A stretch of 64,000 nt of DNA from the human T2T-CHM13v2.0 reference genome, Homo sapiens: assembly GCF_009914755.1 (NCBI RefSeq), contig NC_060927.1. One strand, written 5' to 3'. Below are positions 15,134 to 26,792 of the stretch, one piece after another; positions within the stretch are counted from its first letter, which is position 1; every line of letters starts with the position of its first letter. The position numbers and the translations under genes were made by a program. Under the pieces are notes generated by a model. The model was not told the origin of the DNA. It did not search any database and was given only the letters and a program-made list of their open reading frames with translations.

Positions 15134-16202
15134 TCAATTCAGGCTATTTCTTCTCAAGTCAGTTTATTAAATTATACTTTTTAGGAATTTATTTTGTCTG
15201 AATTTCCAAATTCTTGGCATAAATTCATTCATCGTAGCTTGTTTTTGAATGGCTACAGATCAGTAGTAGTGTCTCCTTTGTAATATTTAGTTATACCTTC
15301 TCACTCATCAGGAGTATTGCATTAAAGTTATGTAAACTACAGTTATTTGTGGCAGCTAATTATTATGAATCTACAAGTACTACCTAACACAATAATTAAG
15401 AGATACATTGTGAATGTTGCAGTCATAGTGGTTTGTCTGAGTTTTATTTAATAATACCTATTTTGGTCTACATTTGGTCTTTGTGTTTTAGCCGTGTATT
15501 GTGGTTGTGTTTGATCATAGTGTCCCCACAGAGAAGGTACAATTGGAAAGGTAGAATATTAGGTGACAGAAACCAAGTAAGAAGAGAGTTTTAAAAAGAA
15601 AAGGATAGTCAGTAGTGTCCAGGAAAGTCCAAGGGGAGGTCAAATTAAAAGTCTTATATTTGACAAATACATTTTATTAACAATGTTTAATTAAAAGTGG
15701 TCAACATTTTACTCTCATATAAAATTTAAGACCTGAAGTTTATTTCTTAAAATGCTTGCAGTTTCTAAATCCACTAGGCACCAGAAGTAAAGTTTTAAAA
15801 TTCTCGGCCAGATAAATTACAACTATTCTTTCTCGTTTCTTCAAGTTATTACTTTAAGCTCCAGGGTGAAATGCATTGACAGGAAATTTGGGAAGCTTTT
15901 GCTCCTTCTGTTTCTCCTGCAGGTATCATGGCTGAAATCCAGAATTCTATAGTGCTTTCATTTTCTAAGAATTCTGAATTACCTTTCTTTAAATGAAATT
16001 TTGATTTTTTTTTTTACATGGCACATTTCTAATTTTGCTCATTTGCAAAGTGCGCTTTAAATTGAGGCCCTATATCAAGGTCTGCTGAAATGCAGCATGG
16101 AAGCTTGCGACTGTATTGAGGTAGGTAATCGTGCCTCACATCTGTGGATATGCTGTTTAAATGAGCCATTAGAGATGGCTTTGTCTTTTCCTTTAACTCC
16201 AG

Positions 16203-16292
16203 GAACTCGTGTCCCTGAAGCCTTGTAAAGCTGCGGAGCTGGTTGCCACCCACTTTTCTGGACATATTGAAACGGTCATTAAAAAACTTCAG
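16203..16292 (+). CDS. VPS8: VPS8 coding exon G (90 nt, phase 0-0): ELVSLKPCKAAELVATHFSGHIETVIKKLQ
   Basis: cttttcctttaactccag acceptor; cag|gtacat donor. Confidence 0.95.
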
Positions 16293-16411
16293 GTACATAT
16301 TGCAAATATATATTGGGGAAAAATATCTAGTGGAGAGACAATTATTAAATCGTCACCTAAGAAGTTTTGATTGTAGTGATTTCTTCAGTTGACATTTATT
16401 AGCAGTTTCTA

Positions 16412-16467
16412 TTAGGTTGGTGCAAAAGTGATTGTGGTTTTTGCCATTTCTTTAATGGCACCAACCT

Positions 16468-16469
<2 letters not shown>
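16412..16469. mobile_element. MADE1 (Hsmar1 MITE), internally deleted
   Basis: TA + ttaggttggtgcaaaag...gcaccaacctaa + TA. Confidence 0.9.

Positions 16470-16472
<3 letters not shown>

Positions 16473-16522
<50 letters not shown>
16473..16522. repeat. (TG)25 microsatellite
   Basis: direct reading. Confidence 0.97.
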
Positions 16523-16523
<1 letters not shown>

Positions 16524-16593
16524 TTGGGAGCAGTTGTATGATGATCTCTTAGTTTGGAAATGAGGGAGTTCATCTTTGTGCATACAAATATGA

Positions 16594-16997
<404 letters not shown>

Positions 16998-17374
16998 CAC
17001 AACCCTGTTTTCTTTGAGATTCATATTTATTCAAAACTTTGTCATCCTGAAATTGTGCTGTTTAGAATGTTTCTTGGAAAATCTTAACTGGAATACAGCT
17101 ATATGCATGGTAAATATTGAGAAGCTCAGTTAGAAGTACTATTGAATGGACTGTTTAAGGTATTCCACTTACCACTTACCATGGCCGTGCTGATGTTGAG
17201 TTTGCTCCCTGTCATTGTAGCCACAAGTGATAGAGGCAGGGAATAGGACAATGACAGGGACATGAAGCACCACCCAGAGTCCTCAAGTGACATTAATAGT
17301 GGTTGGGAATAGCTGTGCAAGAAGGAAATCAGAGCAGTGAGTAGGAGGTAGCTGGCATGAGAGACAAAAATATG

Positions 17375-18460
17375 GAATTCATTCATTCGAACACTTAGTG
17401 CTGCTCTACTCTCTACCAGTGTGCTAGGCCCTAGGGACAGAAATAAGAATACAACCTTTTCTTAAATTTTTCCTCTAGAACAGAGAAGCACTTGCATAAT
17501 TATAGTCCAGTGTTGAAAGAGCTACACTAGAGATATGTGAAAAGTACTGTAGGAACAAGAGAAGAGGGTGATGGATTGCGAGAAAGACAAGAATGCCCAG
17601 AGATCCCTAATCTGGTCTTGAATGCCTAATGTCAGATTTCCAAGCAGAGACTTGGGCAGGGCTTTCTTAATAAAAAGGTTCTGGGTATAAAAGCCTTGAA
17701 GGCATAAAGCAGCATGCATGTTCAGAGAACAGTCAGGTCTGTGTGAAGCATGACGTCAGCAGGGGGTGATGGTGGAAGTGGCATTAGGTTAAGCTACTAG
17801 TGATAGGCTGGAGGGGAGGAGCTAAACTAGAGGGGTTGCAAAATACAGCTTGGAGACAAATACGAAACGGTTTCACATGTGATGCTATGAAATTTAAACT
17901 GTCTTCTGTGTACTGAGAATTATTGAAGTTCTTTAAAGCTAAAGAGCAGTATCATTAGATCCATTTTACAGAAAATGAACTTCGGATAGCAGTGGGGAGA
18001 ATGGACTGGAAAGGAGAGCAAATGGAGGAGAGAGAAGAAGGTCTAGGCAAAAGATGGAGAGGACTAGCACTAAGTCAGTGGCAGTTGGAGAGGACAGATT
18101 TAGGACATTTTTGTGAAGTAAAATGTATAGGATCTGGAAATCAGTTGAATGTGATGGGAGGAGTTAAAAACAACTCCCAGATATCAGGCTTGGTTGTCCA
18201 GCATGATAATGATGAGGTCCATTAACTCAAGAAAAAGACTCACCGATTAATTCAATAAATACCTGCTCTGGGCCAAAAACATTAAGTGCTGAGGATACAA
18301 AAACATGTAAGTGTGATCCTGCTCTCTAGGAAGAAGACAAATAAGCCAAAAGACAATTACAGACTAGCTTGATTGGAATGCTAATGGAGCCCAGGATACT
18401 GAAGTAGTACACGGAAGGACATGAAATCCAGTCTAGTGAGGGAGGGTAGGAGGAGGTTTC
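17375..18460 (-). mobile_element. L2 fragments
   Basis: attcattcattc...gtgctaggccctagggacaga... and ttaattcaataaatacctgctctgggcc L2 3' ends. Confidence 0.65.
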
Positions 18461-18705
18461 TACCAAAACTACTCTCAACCTCCAGAGCTTCTCTCCCCTT
18501 TAAAAGTCAGCACTTCTGGTAAATTTTGCCTGTGGTGGTGGCTGTGTTGTCATTGTCCTTTAAGATTTAAAATGATCACTTGTAGGATTTTCTTTTCTTT
18601 TCTTTTTTTCTTTTTTTTTTTTTGTAGTCTCTACGGATATTAAGAGACAGGCCCAGTAGGTGAATATAATGTCATTCATCAGACAAATATATAAAAGTAA
18701 AGTAT

Positions 18706-19009
18706 GGGCGGGGCACAGTGGCTCACACCTATAATCCTAGCATTTTGCAAGGCCCAGGCGGGCAGATCGCTTGAGCTCAGGAGCTCAAGACCAGCCTGGG
18801 CAACATGGTGAAACCCCATCTCTACAAAAAAATCCAGAAAATTAGCTGGACATGGTGGTGGGTGCCTTTTGTCCCAGCTGTACGGGAGGCTGAGGTGGGA
18901 TGATCACCTGAACCCAGGAGGTTGAGGCCGCAGTGAGCTGTGATCATGTCAGTGCACTCCAGCCTGGGTGACAGAGTGAGACCCTGTCTCAAAAAAAAAA
19001 AAAAAAAAA
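18706..19009 (+). mobile_element. Alu (AluJb-like)
   Basis: full-length; cttgagctcaggag and ggaggctgaggtgggatgatcacctga motifs; A tail. Confidence 0.95.
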
Positions 19010-19449
19010 GGTCTGTTTGTGGAGTCTTAGACATTTCTTTTAAAGAAATGAAGTATTTACTTTATTGCATAGCTTTATAAATTGTGCAAGAATCCCACAT
19101 AGATCTTACAAAGTACCTTTACTTTTGATGGCAAGAAATATGCCTCTGACCAATTGTTTTCAGAATTCTTAAAATGAAAAATTGCCAGAATGTTATGTTA
19201 TAACTGAGAAGAAAGTCATGTAAAATAACACAAAGTGATAGTGAAAAAATAGAAAATCAGACTGATAAAAATAAATATATTTTTAAATCATATTTTATAT
19301 TAATCTTTTTCATCTTTAAGAGTCCCCCATTTTTTACAGATAAAGTGTGAATTTGTCAAAAAATAAAAAAACAAAGAAAAACTAAACAATAACAATTTTT
19401 GCATAGGTTTCCCAAGAATTTAGAAATATTCATATTTTTGTAGTATTTG

Positions 19450-19622
19450 AAGGTTTATCTCATTTAACCCTCACTACTACCCAATGTGGAAGGCAGAGAA
19501 GATATTGCTGTCCTCTTTTTTTTTTTTTTTTTCCACATAAGGAAATTGAATTGCTCAGAGGATAAGTAACTTACAGAAAGTCACGTAAGTGAGTAAATGG
19601 CAAAAACAGAACCCAGATTTTA
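19450..19622 (-). mobile_element. MIR
   Basis: ctcatttaaccctcac...ataaggaaattga...gctcagaggataagtaacttac...gtcacg. Confidence 0.7.
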
Positions 19623-20157
19623 TGGCATGTTGATTGCTAACATGTTGCAGTTTGATTGGCATCTCTTCTGTAGTTGTTGATATTCATGAACTTTTTTGGT
19701 GGTGGTTGTTAACTTGGACCTCAAACTCCCACCCTCCCTGGATGAACTATCTCACAGCAACCCATTGCCACAGGAGGACCAGGTTAAGGCAAGGTGAAAC
19801 TGATCAGTGCATCCAGAGCTCAGCATCCACAGAGCAGTTCCAAGCACCTGCCACTCCGAGGGTCCTTGTGCTGGGAACAGCTCGAGGATTTGTCTCAGTA
19901 GAGGTCTGTTTTGGGCGATAATAGGGTGTTTGTGTTCCGTTTACACTGAGAAGTGAATGTGCGACAGTGATTAGAATTATTGAGAAGACATAACCTCCAG
20001 ATGATTCTTTAGAATTTCTTAGATCTGTACAGAGGGCTTTGTGGAAATACTCAGATATCTGTGCATAAAGGGATAGGTTAAAGTAGTTCTTTACCATGGA
20101 ATATTTGAAAAATTTGTTTTAATATTTAATTGTAATTTTTATTGTTTTTCTGTTCAG

Positions 20158-20204
20158 AACCAGGTTTTGCTTTTCAAATTTTTGAGGAGTCTTCTTGACC
20201 CAAG
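20158..20204 (+). CDS. VPS8: VPS8 coding exon H (47 nt, phase 0-2): NQVLLFKFLRSLLDP(R)
   Basis: ttgtttttctgttcag acceptor; aag|gtatgt donor; phase matches exon I. Confidence 0.93.
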
Positions 20205-20869
20205 GTATGTTGACAAACTTTAGTCTTTCATTATATATATATATATATATATATGAGAAATAAAAGGAAATAAATAAAGTTACCAGCCCATGGTATCTAA
20301 ATAATACAATTAGCTCTTAATTTTTTATATTAGTAGGAGCAACTGTTACACAGATAATGTGAAAATAGAAGATCTGAACGATAGATTATATCTTGAGATA
20401 ATACTTTTCTTTCCATTTGAACATGAGCATATATGGTGAGTTCTCATGGGTGTAAATAAAATAATGAAGCCATGCCACAAGGACATGTTTCAGAAGAGTT
20501 AGCTTCCCCCTCCTGCCCTTGTTTCACTCTTGCCTACTCCTAACTTCATGTGGGTGATTGATGGTGGCTCTACTTTCCAAAGTTAACACTTGGTTCCCAG
20601 CCCACCTCTAAATGTATTACCTTTTAAACTCTGACTTAATATGTTTAGTTTTAAACAACTTCCTGATGGTGTGGGAAGGAAAGTTTAAATGTGTTTTTTC
20701 AACAGCTACTCTGATGTTTATATCAAATAAAAGCAAACTCAAGGAGATGATGAAATTAATAATGGATTTGTAGGCAAAGCAGTGCTGCATATGAGGTTTT
20801 AAAGTTTTGCTGTAACTACATAGAGTACATTGGGAGTTGAGGGCAGTAATATTTAATATCCTCTAAGAT

Positions 20870-20995
20870 AGCTACTCTTGACTAGTAGTGTGCATCAGAA
20901 TCACCTACGAAGCTTTTAAAAATTCAGATGGCTTGTCCCAACCCACAGAATCACTGGGAGTTGGAATATTTTGATGCACACCTAGAGTTAAGCAT
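20870..20995. mobile_element. MER5-like MITE fragment
   Basis: gtgtgcatcagaatcaccta...gcttttaaaaattcagatg...tgatgcacac. Confidence 0.6.
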
Positions 20996-21907
20996 GGTTT
21001 ACGTGTAATTTTCCAAGATGACATAGCTTTCATATCAGACATACAAACTTTAGGTTTCATTATAATATATGCTGGCCATTGAAAACAACTATTTACTTAC
21101 GTTAGCAATTGTAATATCAGCTTTGGTTATTTCCGTGTTCTGTGAGATTTTAAAATACCAAAATACCAGTAATTTTGTTGGTTGTAAAATTTTTTTGAAA
21201 GCTCAACCATTTAAATCTTGAATAGGCTGTGGTACATTTAAATTTAGTCAAACGAATATGTATGTGTAGATGTTTACTAAAAGCAGACTGATTACAAAGC
21301 CCCCTCCACTTGTGTTCAAGACCTTTTCAAAGTATCTGTATTTTAATTCTCTGTCCTCAGATTATTACTGAGGGTAGACATCCTTTTTTTTTTTTTTTTT
21401 TTAAATTCCTATTAATCATGTGTATTTCCCTCAGAGTCAGTTCGGGCCCTTTTCTACTCCCAGAATTAACTGATGGAAAGATTTTAGAATTGGAGTTGGG
21501 AGTGGGAGGGAAGAAAGGAATGTGGGTAGAGGTAGGGAGAGCTGGGAGGGGGAGACATGAAAGTAGGGCAGAGGATGGAGCTCAGGGGAGGAGGAAGGAA
21601 ACGCCAGCCCCACTTCTCAGCCCTTTCTCCAGAGCCTGCCCACCTCTTTTTCTGTGGCACAGTTCCCTCTTTTCCTCTCCCATACTTTTCCCAGTGTTAG
21701 ATCCATTCACTGCTCTGCCCTTAGGATAATTTATTTTAATCAAGTCCTTTTCCTCTGCTATCCTACCTGGAGAGACTCAAGCAAGAACAACAGGGGAAGG
21801 TCAGCTTTGAACTTGGCATTTTCTCAAATGAAGTGTGGAAAGTGATGGTGACCAAATATATTTTTTTATTTAAAAAAAAAAACAGTATTAGGTAATGTAA
21901 ATATCTG

Positions 21908-22748
21908 TCAAAGACCTAGTGTTCTGCTTTGAGAATCCTAGTTCTTGGATTCATCATATTTTATCCTCTTACTTTATGTCTTATATAGGAGGTAGGCATT
22001 GATGTAGATTATGCTCTAAACTTTTTGAATTTGATGTTTGGCATTTCAATCATTTTTTAATAAAAAGCAAATACAAATAATATACCTGCTTTGGTATTGC
22101 GGTCACTATTTAAAATAAATATTACAAAAAAAAAGGCATATCACAAGTATCAAAGGTCTTCAATGGACAGTCTTGCTCCCTTCTTACCTATATCTAGATT
22201 TGAAAGATGTTAGTTAGGTAAGACCCTTTATGAGTGCTGTGAAAGTTGTTTTGTTCACCAGTAAACCACAGATCATTTTACTTGAGAAACAGGTATATTT
22301 TATTTCCCTAAGCTAACCCTAACCAGGATAATTACCTCTCACACATTATTCCTTTCCTGTCATATCAATTCAGGCGCAAGGTCCTTTCTTACCGACCTTG
22401 AAAAGAGTCAGCGTGCTCACAGGCCTTCCTCTCCCCTTCCCCAAAAAGTGACATGACCAGGAATGACCTCACTCTGACAGCCAAATTTCTAGCTTTACGT
22501 TTGTCTACCAGAAATTAAGAGCCTTGAAGTCACCAGCTTACCTTAGCTCTGCCTTTAAAAAGAGCTCATGTTTGTATTGATCTGCCTCCAAAGTATCAAA
22601 GACCGCGTGTTCTGCTTTGAGAGTCCTGATTCTTGGATTCATCATATTTTATCCTCTTACTTTATGTCTTCCATAGGAGGCAGGCATTGATTTAGATTAT
22701 GCTCTAAACTTATTTTTGAATTTAATGTTTGGCATTTCAATCATTTTT
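21908..22748 (+). repeat. Direct repeat pair of about 150 bp (21908-22057 and 22596-22748)
   Basis: tcaaagacc...ttcttggattcatcatattttatcctcttactttatgtctt...ggcatttcaatcattttt occurs twice. Confidence 0.93.
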
Positions 22749-23784
22749 ATGTAAAGAACATTTTAAATGATAGTATCTCAAGCTAATCCATAAAAGCTTC
22801 TTTAACCCACAGTGTAAATAAATATATAATACTAGTAACATATTGAGTTCCGGATTGAGGGAGAGAAAGTAGGTTAAGAAGGTTGAGTGCCGAGGGAGTA
22901 AAGAAAAAAGAGGAAGTTCTCCCTTTCTTGCTTTGAGAGTGGTTGTTAGAAAAAGTTTTGATTTGTTTAAGGTCTGTTTTTGGTATCCTTTGAACCCTAC
23001 CTCCACCCCATTCCGTTCCCTTCTTTCCAGGGATGCAGGGTACACACACTTCTTCAAGCTCTTTGCATTATAGGCACACTCAGATATAGAGTGTTCTTTA
23101 TAGATGTAAAAAATCCAAATTACCTTCCTCCATTTCCCCATCAAAACTGTTTTCTAGTTGCTTTGTCAGTTTCTGTATTGTATGGCCCCTTTTACAATGA
23201 GAAATATATAAATGACATATGAAAACAATGAAGCATATAAAAGATGGGGAAAAAACTCAACACCTTTTCCTAATACAGTTGACCTCAAGGGTAAGAAGAA
23301 AGCGCAGAGCACATGGATTGGTTTATATTAGTCTCTGATTGACTAACTTCTCATTACATTTTAGCTGTTTTTTAGTGACCATGCTTGTTAACTAACCTAA
23401 AGTAAAGGATTAGAGTCTTTTCAGGTACTGGGAAAACTGAGGGAGTACAGAATACGGATATAGGGTCAAAACAACATCAAGAATAGGTAGACTGGCCCCG
23501 GCTAGCAGTTTACTTGACAGCCAACTGTGAAATATTTTTGCCTTTGTTTCTTCTCTTTTTGTTCTTTTTAAGCAATAGATATTTTTAACCTCCAGGTTTT
23601 TTCCGCCATGAAACTCCTAAAGCAGCATTATGAAAGAAAACAGTTATTTTGAGATGAGGACTGCTGGTGTGTATGTATCATCTCAGTGTTGCTTTTTTTG
23701 CTCTTGCCGCCAACACCTGAGTTAATAGGATTCTCATTCTTGTATGTATAGTTTATGCATATTTAATTTAACATTTACATGTAT

Positions 23785-24028
23785 GGCCAGGCACGGTGGC
23801 TCACGCCTGTAATCCCAGTACTTTGGGAGGCCAAGGCGGGCGGACCACCTGAGGTCAGGAGTTCGAGACCAACCTGGCCAGCATGGTGAAACCCCGTCTT
23901 TACTAAAAATACAAAAATTAGCCGGGCGTGGTCACGCACACCTGTAATCTCAACTACTCAGGAGGCTGAGGCAGGAGAATTGCTTGAACCTGGGAGGCAG
24001 AGGTTGCACACACACACACACACACACA
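23785..24028 (+). mobile_element. Alu (AluSx-like) lacking its 3' ~50 nt and ending in (CA)11
   Basis: sequence runs ...gaggttgca directly into (CA)n; TSD aacatttaca(t/a)gtat. Confidence 0.93.
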
Positions 24029-25107
24029 AACAAACATTTACAAGTATCAAGTTGTTTTTGAGGGGGTAGTTTTTATTTTGTCAACAGCATTTTTAAAAGG
24101 ATAGGTCATCCAGTTGAATTTGTGTGGATATTTCTCTATGTCTTTACCCAGTGTCTTTATGTCATCCTTGTTATGTAAATAGTTTCCTCAGTCAAATTAA
24201 TTGACCTGCAAAGATATTGGTGGCATCTGTACATAGAAAGATTAGGTAGTTTTAGGGGGAGAGGGGATTAATCCTCCAGAAGGAAATTACTTGCCTGAAT
24301 TAAGGACAACAGCTTGGGAGAGAGGATTTGCATCCTCTTCCAATTATTTCCTTTGGGACAGCTGCTACGTAAAGCCCGACTCTACCCCCATCCCCTGGGT
24401 GCATTGCTGCTGGCCATGAATTCTCACAGGAGTTCTCCTGATGTGCTTACACCCAGCTGCAGGTTCCTTATGCAGTGGGGATGCTTAAAGGATAATACAA
24501 AAGGACACGTGTTTTTTGTGAGGCCATGAGCTGCATAAGGAGTAAAGAGAATGTGCAAGTATATTTATATTCTGAATATTTTCCTCAGTATGATTTTCCT
24601 GGTAATGTTGATTTAGCCTTTGTTAACAATATTCTGAAGGCCTCTGAAACATATAGTATGATTTTCCTGTAGGAAAAAAACACATACGTCACATTGTATC
24701 TGAAAGTCTTTAATCAAAGTAAAGTAAAAATTGAACATTGTTAAGAAAATGAGTAACTTTGTCAAGGAGCAAGATATAGATTATGGAAATGGTTATGCAT
24801 TGGATTTTAGTTGAATCTGTCAGTGTTGCTGTGGATATTTTTGAAGGGACATTTTAAGATATTGACACTCAGTATTGAAATAATATATTTCAAAGTTAAA
24901 ATACAAAATTAGGAGATTATATATGTTCATGAACTTTGACATATTAAAAAAAATACCTACTTCAATGAGTGCCTACAGTGGCCAAGGTGATTGTTAATTT
25001 GGCCTGGCTTACCCCTAGATCTTATATCTTTGGTTAGTATTTTGCTAGCAACTCAAAATCAACCTTTTAAATTGTAACACATCATCACCTCCTAATCACC
25101 AGTCAGC

Positions 25108-25139
<32 letters not shown>

Positions 25140-25644
25140 ATATATATATGTTTATTACATATATATTTCTTTATTCCTTTAATCAGTACTTACCTATAAT
25201 GAAATTTTTATTTATACTCACTTTTTCCAGCCTAAACCTCTTCTCTCTTAACAATTAATATCATAAACTCATTTATTTTATGTAGCAATTTACTGAGTAA
25301 CTACAGCATACCAAGCACTTGACAGGCATGGGAGATAAAATGATGAATAAGACAGGGCCCTGCCTTCAGAGAATTTACATTCTAATGGAGGAAGATAGGC
25401 AGAAGCAGGTAATTATGTATAAGTATCTTAAATAAAATCCTGAGAGTGATGATCAAGTTTTCACTTTCCTTTATCCATTCCCACTCTACCTTGTCACCAC
25501 ACCGCGCAGAAACAGTTACCAAAATCTATAAACTCTACCTCTTCTCTGTCTCTTATATGTGATTTTTCTTCTTGTCTTTACCCCTACTGCCCTGGTTTAG
25601 GCACTCAACATCCCTCCTCTGGTTTCTTTTGCTGGTTTCCCAAC

Positions 25645-26442
25645 TGTAATCTCCCAACAGGTTCTTCCTGCTACACGGAAAAACCAATTCACTGAGACCA
25701 CAATATTACAGTAGAGAAAGAGATTAATTAACACAGAGCTAGCCACATGGGAGGTCTGGTGTAATAACTTGAGTCAGTTTCCTGGAGAACTCAGAGGCTG
25801 GGGCTTTTATGGATAATTAGGTGGGCAAGGAGCTCGGGAATGGGCACTGCTGACTGGTTGGAGATGAAATCATAGTAGTGTGGAAAATGGTCCTTACGTA
25901 TTGAGTCTGCCTCAGTGGGGGCCACAGGACCACTTTAGTCATGAGTCCCAGGTCTGGTTAGAGTCAGAAGATGGCCAGAATGCAAAAGTCTGAAAACATC
26001 TCCAAAGACCAATCTTAGGTTCTACAATAGTGGTGTTATCTATAGGAGCAGTTGGGGAAGTCACAGATCTTACGATGTCTGGCCATATGACTCCTTGTGC
26101 AGCAAGGGATTATAGAAAGGCAAGCTAGGTTACAGTGGCTGGCTGCCATTTAGCTACACCTATATTTTAGCAGAATTCAGGCTCTTCCCATAATCCCAAT
26201 CTTGTAGTCTTTCATTAGTCTTACAAAGGTGATTTTGGTCCCTGAGCAAGGAAGGGGTTAGTTTTAGGGGGACTGTTATCATCCTTGCTTCAAAGTTAAA
26301 CTGTAAATTAAATTCCACTCATGGTTAGCTTGGCCTGCGCCCAGGAATGAGCGAGGACAGCCAGCCTATGAGGCTTGTCACAAGACGGAGTAAACCATGC
26401 TAGATTTCTCTCACCGTCATCATCTTTGCAGTGGCAGCTTCA
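25645..26442 (-). mobile_element. Solo ERV1 LTR, LTR8-family
   Basis: TG...CA termini; minus strand begins tgaagctgccactgcaaagatgatgac like LTR8; 4-bp TSD caac/taac. Confidence 0.8.
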
Positions 26443-26792
26443 TAACCAGCCTGGCTTCCTTTTCCGTTTTTGAACAGGCAGATAATGATAATGTTCTCTG
26501 CCACTTTCTTAAAGCTCTTTCAGTTCCCATTACCTAAGGTGAAATCCAGTTTTCCTGGTATACAAGGCCCTTCTTGGTACAAAAGGATTCAGGCCCACCT
26601 GGCCAGCAGCATTTTCTTCTATCTTCCCATATCTCTTCTCTCCTTTATTCCTGAGCAGTGCTGACCTACGTGTTCATCAGGTACACTACACATTGCCATT
26701 CTTCCCTTCACATACCTGTTCCTCCCTCCTCATCCACACTGTTTTCTTGAGAGCAGTTTACTTATGTGTAATAATAGCTGTAAAGTCATTTT

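Noticed and set aside
16412-16469. miR-548-family precursor
   Set aside because: The internal deletion removes most of one arm, so the long stem needed for Drosha processing is missing
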